Counted from the first letter of the stretch, positions 8,017 through 16,682 are shown. The stretch: DNA of 53,028 nucleotides from Candidatus Nealsonbacteria bacterium (GCA_026396115.1 JAPLXL010000006.1:1-53028); one strand, 5' to 3'. Numbers and translations: made by a program. Notes: a model not told the origin generated them from the letters alone.

Positions 8017-8958
8017 ATGGTTGTTTACGACCTCATAATAATCGGCGGGGGGCCGGCTGGGATTACGGCTGGCATTTATGCTGCCCGCCAAAAATTAAAC
8101 ACTCTTTTAATTACCAAATCATTTGGCGGCCAAATAGCCAGAAAAGCTGTTGGTATTGAGAATTATCCTGGGTTTGAGGAAATTTCCGGATTAGATTTAA
8201 TTAAGAAGTTTGAAAAACATTTAAGGCGCGCGTCAGCGCGCAGTGATGGCCATAAAATAGATATAGAAAGAGATGGGGTAAGAAAAGTAAAAAAAATTGG
8301 CGAGAAATTTTTAGTTCAGACTACTGGCAAAAATACATTTGAAGCAAAAGCGGTTATTATTGCTTCGGGAGCTGACCCGAGACCCTTGGAGGTTCCTGGC
8401 GAAAAAAAATTTATTGGCAAAGGTGTGAGTTACTGTACGACCTGCGACGGACCATTATTCGCAAATAAAAAAGTGGCTGTTGTTGGCGGTGGAAATGCTG
8501 GTTTTGAAGCAGCGATATTTCTGGCAAAATTCGCTAAAAAAATCTATATTTTAGAATACAGCGAAAAAATAAGCGCAGATGTTGAAAATCAGGAAAGAGT
8601 TAAAAAAACTGGAAAAATAGAAGTCATCATCAATGTCCAGCCAAAAGAAGTTAAAGGAGAAAAATTTGTTAACTCCTTAGTATACCTAAACGGAAAAACG
8701 GAAAAAGAAGTTAACTTGGCAGTTGAGGGTGTTTTTATTGAAATCGGCACTCAGCCGGCTACTTCTTTTGTTAAAGGTTTAGTTGATTTTAACGAAAAAG
8801 ATGAGATAAAAGTTAATCCTTGGACCTCTCAGACTTCTTGTCCCGGTCTTTTTGCTGCAGGTGATGCTGACGAAGTTCCTTATAAGCAAATTGTCATTGC
8901 GGCGGGCGAAGGAGCCAAAGCCGCCATATCAGCCTATGAATACTTACAAAAATTCTAA
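8017..8958 (+). CDS. trxB: thioredoxin-disulfide reductase
   Basis: FAD motif IIGGGPAGITAGIYAAR, redox CTTCDG, NADPH motif VVGGGNAGFEAA, and GDA..VPYKQIV. Confidence 0.92.
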   Translation: MVVYDLIIIGGGPAGITAGIYAARQKLNTLLITKSFGGQIARKAVGIENYPGFEEISGLDLIKKFEKHLRRASARSDGHKIDIERDGVRKVKKIGEKFLVQTTGKNTFEAKAVIIASGADPRPLEVPGEKKFIGKGVSYCTTCDGPLFANKKVAVVGGGNAGFEAAIFLAKFAKKIYILEYSEKISADVENQERVKKTGKIEVIINVQPKEVKGEKFVNSLVYLNGKTEKEVNLAVEGVFIEIGTQPATSFVKGLVDFNEKDEIKVNPWTSQTSCPGLFAAGDADEVPYKQIVIAAGEGAKAAISAYEYLQKF

Positions 8959-10177
8959 AATCAAAAAAATTAAAGCCAGAGAAATTTTTGATTCAAATAA
9001 TAAGCCAACAGTAGAGGTTAAATTGGAAACAGAATGGGGAAAGTTTTTAGCCTCTGTGCCTTCAGGCGTTTCTACTGGTAAATACGAAGCAGTGGAATTA
9101 AGAGATGAAGATGGTGGAGTAGATAAAGCAATTGGGAATGTAGAAAAGGTTATTGCATCAGTTTTGGAAAAAGAAGGTTTAGCTAACCAAAAAAGAGTTG
9201 ATGAAATCTTGATAAAATTAGACGGTACGAAAAATAAATCGCGTTTGGGCGCGAACGCGATTTTAGCCGTTTCAATGGCAACCTGCCGCGCCATCGCCGC
9301 AGCAAAAGAATTACCTTTATACCGATATATTTCTCAATTGGCAGAAAGCGATCTAAAATTGCCAAAGCCGTCTTTTAATATGATAGAAGGCGGAAAACAC
9401 GCAAAAAACAATCTTGCCTTTCAGGAGTTTATGATAGTGCCGCAAAAAGGCCTTTTTAAAGATAATTTAAAGATTGGAAAGGAAATTTACAAATCTCTCA
9501 AGACAATTTTGGAGGAAAAATTCGGCAGAAAAAACATAGGATTGAGCCGGGAAGGTGCCTTCACGGCGCCGATTCAAAAAATTACGGATGCTTTTGATTT
9601 AATTTTAGAAGCGGCAGAAAAAGCAGGTTATAAAAACGATATAAGATTCGCCATAGATGCAGCCGCTTTAAGTTTTTTTGGCGAGGAAGGATATAAAATA
9701 GATGATAAAATTTTAGTTAAAGAAAAATTAATTGATTTCTACAAAACTATTATAGAAAAAGAAGAATATCATTTTATTTCCGTGGAAGATCCTTTTGAAG
9801 AAGAAGACTTCTTAGGATTCCCAGAGATTATAGAAGAAATGGGGGAAAGATTAATTGTTTTTGGGGATGACTTATTAGCGTCTAATGTTGAAAGAATCAA
9901 ATTGGCTCACGAAAAGGGGACCTATAATGGTTTAATTTTAAAGCCAAACCAGATAGGAACCGTTACAGAAACATTGGCGGCGGCAAAATTGGCGAAATCT
10001 TACAATTGGAAGATTATGGTGTCAAATAGAGCAGGGGAAACGGAAGATGATTTTATCGCTGATTTATCCGTAGGCATCGGAGCCGATTTTATAAAATCCG
10101 GAGCACCGTTTCCCAAAGAAAGAATGGTAAAATACAATAGATTATTAAGAATTGAGAAAGAGTTATGCCGAAACTAA
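8936..10177 (+). CDS. eno: enolase (start moved to ATG 8936; overlaps trxB by 23 nt)
   Basis: IKAREIFDSNNKPTVEV, QEFMIVP, SVEDPF, GDDL, LKPNQIGT, and SNRAGETED as a variant of SHRSGETED. Confidence 0.92.
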   Translation: MNTYKNSKIKKIKAREIFDSNNKPTVEVKLETEWGKFLASVPSGVSTGKYEAVELRDEDGGVDKAIGNVEKVIASVLEKEGLANQKRVDEILIKLDGTKNKSRLGANAILAVSMATCRAIAAAKELPLYRYISQLAESDLKLPKPSFNMIEGGKHAKNNLAFQEFMIVPQKGLFKDNLKIGKEIYKSLKTILEEKFGRKNIGLSREGAFTAPIQKITDAFDLILEAAEKAGYKNDIRFAIDAAALSFFGEEGYKIDDKILVKEKLIDFYKTIIEKEEYHFISVEDPFEEEDFLGFPEIIEEMGERLIVFGDDLLASNVERIKLAHEKGTYNGLILKPNQIGTVTETLAAAKLAKSYNWKIMVSNRAGETEDDFIADLSVGIGADFIKSGAPFPKERMVKYNRLLRIEKELCRN

Positions 10178-10734
10178 TATTATTAAGACATCTTGAGTCG
10201 CAATGGAATAAAGAAAATCGCTTTACCGGCTGGACCGACGTTCCTTTGAGCGAAGAAGGAATTGAAAGCGCAAAAGAAGTTGCCGGAAAACTTGCTGGTT
10301 TTAAGATTGATAAAGTTTATACCTCGCCGTTAATCAGAAACAAAGAAACAGTTTCTTTAATTTTAGGAAACCTTGGCAAAAAAGATTTACCAGTTGTTAT
10401 TGACAAGGCGTTAGATGAAAGAAATTACGGCAAACTGCAGGGTCTGAACAAAGACGAAGTTAAAAAGCAATATGGCGAGGAACAAGTTCAGCTGTGGCGA
10501 AGAAGCTGGAATCAGGCGCCGCCGGGCGGCGAAAGTTTAAAAGACGTCTATAAGAGAGTCATCCCTTTTTATAGAAAATATATTGAAAGAGATTTAAAAA
10601 AAGAAAAAAATGTTTTGGTGGTGGCCAGCCATAATAGTTTAAGGGCTTTAGTGAAATATATTGAAAAGATTTCAGACAAAGACATAGCCGGTTTTGAAAT
10701 GCCGACCGGGACCATAAAAGAATACAACCTTTAA
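10165..10734 (+). CDS. gpmA: histidine-phosphatase family phosphoglycerate mutase, short form
   Basis: LILLRHLESQWNKENRFTGWTDVPLS and SHNSLRAL. 189 aa. Overlaps eno by 13 nt. Confidence 0.8.
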   Translation: MPKLILLRHLESQWNKENRFTGWTDVPLSEEGIESAKEVAGKLAGFKIDKVYTSPLIRNKETVSLILGNLGKKDLPVVIDKALDERNYGKLQGLNKDEVKKQYGEEQVQLWRRSWNQAPPGGESLKDVYKRVIPFYRKYIERDLKKEKNVLVVASHNSLRALVKYIEKISDKDIAGFEMPTGTIKEYNL

Positions 10735-10736
10735 TC

Positions 10737-10765
10737 TTGACAGGGTTTTTTGATTTTGTTAATAT
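10737..10765 (+). promoter_or_regulatory. sigma70-like promoter for the Rrf2-suf-mnmA operon
   Basis: TTGACA, 17-nt spacer, TAATAT. Confidence 0.6.
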
Positions 10766-10769
10766 AAAA

Positions 10770-10786
10770 CCGACCAATTTGGTCGG
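10770..10786. promoter_or_regulatory. palindrome CCGACC-aattt-GGTCGG between the -10 hexamer and the Rrf2 start; candidate operator or attenuator
   Basis: Perfect 6-bp inverted repeat, 4 nt after the -10 hexamer and 9 nt before the ATG. Confidence 0.4.
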
Positions 10787-10794
10787 CTTTTAAT

Positions 10795-11199
10795 ATGAAA
10801 ATTTCTACAAAATCTCAATACGGGCTTCGGGCAATAGTGTTTTTAGCCCGCTCTAAGGAAAAAATTTGTCCCTTGAGAGTGATTTCGAAAAAAGAAGGGC
10901 TTTCTTTTGATTACTTAGAGAAGATAATTGCGAAACTTGAAAAAGCCGGATTGGTAAAATCTAAAAAAGGGAGCCAAGGGGGATATTTCTTAGCTAAAAA
11001 ACCGGAAAGGATTAAAATTGGAAAGATAATTCTGGCTTTAGAGGGTAAGGGGGGGTTGGTCAAATGCATAGCCAAAGAGAGAAGATATCGTTGCCCCTTA
11101 GAGAGAAAGTGTTTAACAAAGGGTCTTTGGCAAAAAATCCAAAGTTCCATAGAAAAAACTCTAAATTCAATAACCTTAGCCGATTTAATTAAAAAATGA
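10795..11199 (+). CDS. Rrf2-family transcriptional regulator (IscR/SufR-like position)
   Basis: MKISTKSQYGLRAIVFLA N-terminal wHTH. Cys-containing segment KCIAKERRYRCPLERKC. Sits upstream of sufC. Confidence 0.85.
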   Translation: MKISTKSQYGLRAIVFLARSKEKICPLRVISKKEGLSFDYLEKIIAKLEKAGLVKSKKGSQGGYFLAKKPERIKIGKIILALEGKGGLVKCIAKERRYRCPLERKCLTKGLWQKIQSSIEKTLNSITLADLIKK

Positions 11200-11927
11200 G
11201 AGAAATTTTATTAAAAATTGACAAATTAAAAGTTAAGGGTAGTGGTAAGGAAATATTAAAAGGAGTAAATCTCCAAATAAAAAGGGGAGAAATTCAGACT
11301 CTTTTGGGTCCCAATGCTTCTGGGAAAAGTACTTTAGCTCAGGTAATTTTGGGTAATCCGAAATATAAAATTACCCAAGGCAGAATTTTCTTTGAAGGTA
11401 AAGAAATTACCAAGTTTTTTCCGGAAAAAAGGGCGAAGTTAGGAATTGCTATGACTTGGCAGTCGCCACCTGCAATAAAAGGAGTAAAGTTTTCCCAACT
11501 TCTGGCGAGAATTTCAACCTTTGGAGGTTCAACCTCCCGAGAGGTAGCGAAGGGGGTTGAACCTAATTTGTTAGAAAGAGAAATAAATGTAGATTTTTCT
11601 GGTGGCGAGAAGAAAATGTCGGAATTAGTGCAAGTAATAGCCCTTAATCCAAAATTAGTAATTTTCGATGAAATAGATTCTGGTTTAGATATTAAAAGAT
11701 TGGAAAAAGCGGCAAAAATAATCAAAAAGGAATTGGTAGATAAAAAAGTTTCAATTTTACTAATCACTCACTCGGGGGCAATTTTGAATTTTTTGAAGCC
11801 AGATATTACCAATGTAATGGTTCAAGGGCGAATCATTTGTCGGGAAAAAGATTACAAAAAAGTTTTAAAGATTATTAAAAAATATGGCTATGAAAAATGT
11901 AAAAAGTGCAAATTACTGGCAGGTTGA
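11196..11927 (+). CDS. sufC: Fe-S cluster assembly ATPase SufC
   Basis: Walker A GPNASGKST, LGNPKY, FSGGEKKM, Walker B VIFDEIDSGLD. Confidence 0.88.
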   Translation: MREILLKIDKLKVKGSGKEILKGVNLQIKRGEIQTLLGPNASGKSTLAQVILGNPKYKITQGRIFFEGKEITKFFPEKRAKLGIAMTWQSPPAIKGVKFSQLLARISTFGGSTSREVAKGVEPNLLEREINVDFSGGEKKMSELVQVIALNPKLVIFDEIDSGLDIKRLEKAAKIIKKELVDKKVSILLITHSGAILNFLKPDITNVMVQGRIICREKDYKKVLKIIKKYGYEKCKKCKLLAG

Positions 11928-12795
11928 TCACGAGGTAAGGAACATTTTTGGAGTAAAAGGAATTACTGTTTTGCCCAGTCCCAGGGCTTGGGAAAAGTTC
12001 GGTTGGACAAGGAAATGGTTTGAAAAAAAACCAAAAGAGGGCTATTTTATTTGGGTAAAAAAACAAGTGGATTTTCCCTTAGCCACCTGCATTACGATTG
12101 CCACTCCCAAAATTTCCCAAAATTTAAACAATTTATTAGTTATCGAAAAAGGAATAAAAGCTAAAGCCATTGTAACTTGCAATGCAGCTGAGAATAAGCT
12201 GTGCGGAAAACATCGAGCAAAAGGTAAATTAATTCTTAAAGATAATGTTTCTTTAGAATATAATCATTTTCATAAATGGGGAGAAAAAGATTTTGTTTCC
12301 CTCGATTATGAGTTTATTCTTGGAAAAAACTCTCAATTGCTCTACACCTATCAAAATTTATTTCCGCCCGAAAATCTTCAATTAAAAACAACGATTTATA
12401 GCAACGAGAACTCTTCTTCTAAATTAAATTTCATCATTAATGGTTTAAATTCTAATATAAAAATCCAAGACATTATTTTCTTAAAAGAAAAATCTGCTCA
12501 GGGAATAGCCAGATTGAGATTGGTCGGAAGAGAAAACAGCCGGATTGAAGCAATTAGCAAAATATTTGCTTTGGCTCCAAGTAAAGGGCATTTAGATTGC
12601 CGGGGCTTATTATTAGACAGAACTGCTAAGATTTCTTTAATACCCGAAATAGTTTGTCAAAATAAAGATGCTCAAATTACCCACGAGGCTTCAATTGGAA
12701 AAATTTCTGAAGAGGAACTAACTTATTTAAGAATGAGAGGATTGAGTGAGGAAGAAGCCATCGATTTAATTGTTAGCGGATTTTTAAATATTTAA
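11884..12795 (+). CDS. SufB/SufD-family Fe-S assembly protein (short)
   Basis: C-terminal THEASIGKISEEELTYLRMRGLSEEEAIDLIVSGF matches the conserved SufBD tail. Overlaps sufC. Confidence 0.8.
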   Translation: MAMKNVKSANYWQVDHEVRNIFGVKGITVLPSPRAWEKFGWTRKWFEKKPKEGYFIWVKKQVDFPLATCITIATPKISQNLNNLLVIEKGIKAKAIVTCNAAENKLCGKHRAKGKLILKDNVSLEYNHFHKWGEKDFVSLDYEFILGKNSQLLYTYQNLFPPENLQLKTTIYSNENSSSKLNFIINGLNSNIKIQDIIFLKEKSAQGIARLRLVGRENSRIEAISKIFALAPSKGHLDCRGLLLDRTAKISLIPEIVCQNKDAQITHEASIGKISEEELTYLRMRGLSEEEAIDLIVSGFLNI

Positions 12796-12797
12796 AA

Positions 12798-12842
12798 ATC
12801 GAAGAAGATTCCTTCTTCTCCACCTCAGCTAAAGCTTCGGTA
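12798..12842. repeat. palindromic repeat family copy R7 (arm III) filling the sufBD-mnmA spacer
   Basis: ATCGAAGAAGattcCTTCTTCTCCACCTCAGCTAAAGCTTCGGTA. Its reverse complement matches 31991-32035 at 43/45 positions by hand alignment. Confidence 0.9.
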
Positions 12843-12843
12843 G

Positions 12844-13956
12844 ATGAAAAAGATAAATAAGAAAATAGTAGTGGCAATGTCTGGCGGATTAGATTCCTCG
12901 GTGGCAGCAGCCCTTTTAAAAAAGGGCGGTTTTAAGGTTGTGGGAGTTTTTTTGAAATTAGCGGATTTACCAACTTTCAAAGAAAATGAAAGAAGGGCCA
13001 AAAGAATCGCTAAAATTTTGAAGATACCATTTCTGGTTTTAGATTTAAGAAAAGAATTTAAAAAAAGAATTGTTGATTATTTTTTAAAAGAAAATAAGCG
13101 AGGACTGACCCCTAATCCCTGCGTTGTTTGCAACAAGGAAATTAAATTCGGTCTTTTGTTGGAGAAAACGCTCAAACTGAATGCTGATTTTATGGCCACT
13201 GGTCATTATGCCCGAACAAATTTTTTCAAAAATTTCACTATCCCGAGCAACAGCGAAGGGGGAAGAAGAAAACTTGCTTTCTTCGCCCTCGTGAAAAATT
13301 TGCAAAAAATAAAATTAATGAAAGGAAGAGATAAAAATAAAGATCAGTCCTATTTTTTGTGGATGTTGAACCAAAAACAATTAAAAAGAGTTTTATTTCC
13401 AATTGGAGATTATACCAGAAAAGAAGTTGAGGGTTTGGCAAAGAAATTTAAATTATCTTTTTTAACTAAGGTCCCCAAGTCGCAGGAAATTTGCTTTATT
13501 GAAATCACAATTGAAGATTTCTTAAAAAGATATTTAAAAACAAAACCGGGCCATATCGTAGATGCTAACGGAAAAATACTGGAAAAACACGAAGGATTGT
13601 ATTTCTATACTATTGGGCAGAGAAAAGGAATTGGGCTTTCCGGAGGTCCTTATTATGTTTTAAACAAGGACTTAAAGAGAAATCTTTTAATTGTCACCAA
13701 AAATGAAAATGACTTATATAAAAAAGAATTAAGCGTTAAAAAAGTTAATTGGATTTCAGGAAAAGAACCCAAACTTCCTCTAAAAGTTAAGGCAAAAATA
13801 CGCTACCGTCACAAAGCTTCACCGGCTACAGCATACAAAATACTAAATACTAAATATAAAATACTATTAAGCTCGCCTCAACGAGCCATCACTCCCGGCC
13901 AATCAATAGTTTTTTATAGGGGACAGGAGCTTCTGGGCGGTGGAATAATTTGTTAA
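12844..13956 (+). CDS. mnmA: tRNA-specific 2-thiouridylase MnmA carrying an in-frame repeat insertion
   Basis: PP-loop VVAMSGGLDSSVAA, CNKEIKF, ATGHYAR, KDQSYFL. Confidence 0.92.
   Translation: MKKINKKIVVAMSGGLDSSVAAALLKKGGFKVVGVFLKLADLPTFKENERRAKRIAKILKIPFLVLDLRKEFKKRIVDYFLKENKRGLTPNPCVVCNKEIKFGLLLEKTLKLNADFMATGHYARTNFFKNFTIPSNSEGGRRKLAFFALVKNLQKIKLMKGRDKNKDQSYFLWMLNQKQLKRVLFPIGDYTRKEVEGLAKKFKLSFLTKVPKSQEICFIEITIEDFLKRYLKTKPGHIVDANGKILEKHEGLYFYTIGQRKGIGLSGGPYYVLNKDLKRNLLIVTKNENDLYKKELSVKKVNWISGKEPKLPLKVKAKIRYRHKASPATAYKILNTKYKILLSSPQRAITPGQSIVFYRGQELLGGGIIC
13241..13291. repeat. palindromic repeat family copy R8 (arm I), in frame inside mnmA
   Basis: TCCCGAGCAACAGCGAAGGGGGAAGAAGAAAACttgcTTTCTTCGCCCTCG. 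Its reverse complement matches 16356-16406 at 48/51. Encodes IPSNSEGGRRKLAFFAL. Confidence 0.92.
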
Positions 13957-13982
13957 CTCTTTACGATTAAGAAAGATAAGGG

Positions 13983-14010
13983 TTGACAGGGTGATTGATT
14001 GAAATAGAAT
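13983..14010 (+). promoter_or_regulatory. sigma70-like promoter of the S8 protease gene
   Basis: TTGACA, 16-nt spacer, TAGAAT. 87-nt leader. Confidence 0.55.
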
Positions 14011-14097
14011 AAAATTAGGAATTAAAACTAATAAAGGTCGACCCCAGTAGTAGAGCAAAACTCGCTACGGGGTAAGAATTTCATTAAAAACAAAAAA

Positions 14098-15822
14098 ATG
14101 AAAAAGATAATCCTACTTGGAATAACATTAACAATATTAGCTGTGACGGCAGGGATTGTGATGGCTTCAAATGGTAATGGCAAAGAAATGGCCAGGGTTA
14201 TGGCAGATACCACTGGCATTATAGATAAGTTGAGCTTTAGGATGAGGGGTTGTGAGATTGTCCACGAATTAAGTGATGCCACAGCATTAAAATGTCCGGC
14301 AAATATCGTTTCTAAACTAAAAGTCAGAGAAGACTCGGTACTCCATATCATGGATATGGAGGCGAATGTCCAAATAAATGCTGATGATGTTTGGGCTTTA
14401 GGTTATACAGGGACTGGCGTAACGGTAGCAGTTTTGGACACGGGTGTAGATACAGATCATCGGGAGTTGTTTGATAGTATCGCCGGGGGGCAGGGCTTTG
14501 GATATGCCACCTATGAAGATGATAATGGGCACGGAACCCATGTTTCAGGCATCATTACGGCTAATGGCGTTGATGCTAAAGCGAAAGGAGTGGCTCCAGA
14601 TGCCGGAGTATGGATGGCAAAAGTTTGTAATGCTCAGGGTTCTTGTTACACCAGCGATATTGCCGCGGCCATTGAATATGTGGTGAAGGGACCCGATGGC
14701 ATTATTGGCAATGGCGATGAACCAGCCAAAATCATAAGTATTAGTCTGGGTGGCGGAGGAACTTCGCGGGCAAACTGCGATACAGATTACCTTGCTCAAA
14801 AAGTTAATTGGGCGGTAGATAATGGAGTAACGGTAGCAGCAGCTGCTGGAAATACTTCTGGCAGAGTATCAAGTCCAGCTTGTGCGAGTAAAGCGATAGC
14901 GGTTGGAGCAGTTAATAAAACCGATGTCAGAGCTTCTTGGTCTGGTACAGGTTTGGCTTTAGACATAATGGCACCCGGGGTAAGTATCTATTCTTCTATA
15001 ATAGATGGTTATGCCTCTTGGTCAGGAACCTCAATGGCTACTCCCCATATTTCGGCAACCGTGGCCTTACTGAGACAAGTAAATTCAGCGTTAACTGATG
15101 CTCAAATTAAGGATGCTTTATATAAAACTGCCAAGAATTTAGGGGCTACTGGCTGGGATTCATATTATGGTTGGGGGAGAGTAGATGCTTTAGTCGCGGT
15201 TAATTATGTCAAACCGCTAGAACCAGATACTGATGGTGACGGGGTACCGGATTCAAAAGATGCTTGTCCAAGCATAGCTGGAACAGATTGTAATGGTTGT
15301 TCAAATCTCTGCTCAGGATGCGCAATAATGTCTTGCAATGTTGGAACTTTAACGCCTCCAACTTGTGTAGCCGGAACTTGTCAAAATGCAGTTTGTCCAG
15401 CCAATGGATGTGGCGTGGGTACCTGTGCTTCAAATGAATATGGAACATATACTTCTGTAAGTAATACCTGTGACATCGCGGGCAATGTGGGCACTTGTAC
15501 GAATAATCCATGCACGCTAACTTGCGCATATGACCAAAAATGCGAGACACCACCGGCTGTAAAATGTTGGAGTGGAATAAATAAATATCTCTACCGAGCG
15601 GTTACCCAGGCCAAAAAATTCTGTAAATGTGCTTCCGGGATCTACGGATACAAAAGTTACACTTCTAAAATATTAAAGGCAACAGTTTACAAATATGTTG
15701 ATACGGGAAACAATGGAATTTGGAATGTAACTCCAATTTCTTCTAATTTGCCGATATCTCAAGTTACCTGTACCGATGGCAAAGCCTATCCGACAAATCA
15801 AGATTATTACTATCCAAAGTAA
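14098..15822 (+). CDS. secreted subtilisin-like (S8) serine protease with Cys-rich C-terminal region
   Basis: Catalytic triad contexts VAVLDTGVD, HGTHVSG and GTSMATPH. N-terminal hydrophobic signal or anchor. DTDGDGVPDSKDACP followed by a segment with more than 25 Cys. Confidence 0.9.
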   Translation: MKKIILLGITLTILAVTAGIVMASNGNGKEMARVMADTTGIIDKLSFRMRGCEIVHELSDATALKCPANIVSKLKVREDSVLHIMDMEANVQINADDVWALGYTGTGVTVAVLDTGVDTDHRELFDSIAGGQGFGYATYEDDNGHGTHVSGIITANGVDAKAKGVAPDAGVWMAKVCNAQGSCYTSDIAAAIEYVVKGPDGIIGNGDEPAKIISISLGGGGTSRANCDTDYLAQKVNWAVDNGVTVAAAAGNTSGRVSSPACASKAIAVGAVNKTDVRASWSGTGLALDIMAPGVSIYSSIIDGYASWSGTSMATPHISATVALLRQVNSALTDAQIKDALYKTAKNLGATGWDSYYGWGRVDALVAVNYVKPLEPDTDGDGVPDSKDACPSIAGTDCNGCSNLCSGCAIMSCNVGTLTPPTCVAGTCQNAVCPANGCGVGTCASNEYGTYTSVSNTCDIAGNVGTCTNNPCTLTCAYDQKCETPPAVKCWSGINKYLYRAVTQAKKFCKCASGIYGYKSYTSKILKATVYKYVDTGNNGIWNVTPISSNLPISQVTCTDGKAYPTNQDYYYPK

Positions 15823-15850
15823 AATTATTTAGCCAAAATACCTTGTGGGC

Positions 15851-15881
15851 AAAATCCCTCAATTTTGAGGGATTTTGTTTT
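15851..15881 (+). terminator. rho-independent terminator after the protease gene
   Basis: AAAATCCCTCA-attt-TGAGGGATTTT followed by GTTTT. Confidence 0.75.
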
Positions 15882-16034
15882 GGGCAAAAATAAGATATAA
15901 TTAAAAATCATATTTGGTTTTTTCCAGGAGCAATTTAAGTTTTAGAATATGGATGTCTTTTTTACATTTTAATTAGCACATTTTTTTGTCTTTTTGTCGG
16001 GAATTGGTATAATGTTTTTGATGAAATTATTCTG

Positions 16035-16682
16035 ATGTCTATTGTTTTAACAGATGAAAATTTTGAAAGTGAAGTTTCTGGCGCAAAAAAACCGGTTTTG
16101 GTCGATTTTTGGATGCAGGGCTGCCATCCTTGTTTTTTGCTTTCTCCGATTTTAGAAAAATTAGCCCGGGAATTTGAAAAGAAAATAGTTTTTGCGAAAG
16201 CAAATCTTGACGACATTTCCCTTATAGCTCAAAAATACGGTATTAACGCGGCTCCGACAATGATTCTTTTTAAAGAAGGAAAACCGGTAAGCGGATTTAT
16301 CGGATTAAAACCGGAAGAAACAATAAGGCCGTGGCTTGAGGAAAACTTAAAAGAGGAGGGCGAAGAAAGCAAGCTTTCTTCTTCCCCTTTCGCTGTTGCT
16401 CGGGAGAATGAAAAAATTAATAAACTAATTCAGGAAGTCAAAGAATACGCTAAAAAGAACGGATTTTTCCTTAATCCAAACAGAAAAGTGGTAGAGGGGA
16501 TTGTCAAAAGTTTATTGGAAAGAGAGAAAAAATTCGGCGGAAGATTCTGTCCCTGTAGGAGAATAACCGAAAATAATGAAGAGGACAAAAAAATTATTTG
16601 TCCCTGTGTTTATCATCTTCAGGAGCTTGAAAAAGAAGGCAAATGCCTTTGTGGACTATTTGTAAAAAACATAATAGAATAA
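16035..16682 (+). CDS. thioredoxin domain fused to a ferredoxin-thioredoxin-reductase catalytic-subunit-like domain
   Basis: N-terminal half: VDFWMQGCHPCFLLSP (CxxC) thioredoxin fold. C-terminal half: FCPCRR...ICPCVYH...CLCGLF, the FTRc CPC/CPC/CxC pattern. The two halves are joined by a repeat-encoded linker. Confidence 0.8.
   Translation: MSIVLTDENFESEVSGAKKPVLVDFWMQGCHPCFLLSPILEKLAREFEKKIVFAKANLDDISLIAQKYGINAAPTMILFKEGKPVSGFIGLKPEETIRPWLEENLKEEGEESKLSSSPFAVARENEKINKLIQEVKEYAKKNGFFLNPNRKVVEGIVKSLLEREKKFGGRFCPCRRITENNEEDKKIICPCVYHLQELEKEGKCLCGLFVKNIIE
16356..16406. repeat. palindromic repeat family copy R9 (arm I), forms the Trx-FTRc interdomain linker
   Basis: GAGGGCGAAGAAAGCaagcTTTCTTCTTCCCCTTTCGCTGTTGCTCGGGAG. 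Encodes EGEESKLSSSPFAVARE. Confidence 0.92.

Noticed and set aside
8226-8241. GC-only palindrome GCGCGC-gtca-GCGCGC inside trxB as another inserted element
   Set aside because: It is a single occurrence, and I cannot show by eye that it is an insertion relative to other TrxB sequences.
8852-8935. 28-aa N-terminal extension of enolase from a TTG start overlapping trxB by 107 nt
   Set aside because: The extension has no enolase similarity. The ATG at 8936 gives the canonical enolase N-terminus (IKAREIFDSNNKPTVEV).
9236-9265. 10-bp-arm palindrome AAATCGCGTT...AACGCGATTT inside eno
   Set aside because: It encodes the conserved enolase peptide KSRLGANAILAV. Coding constraint plus chance is sufficient, and there are no other copies.
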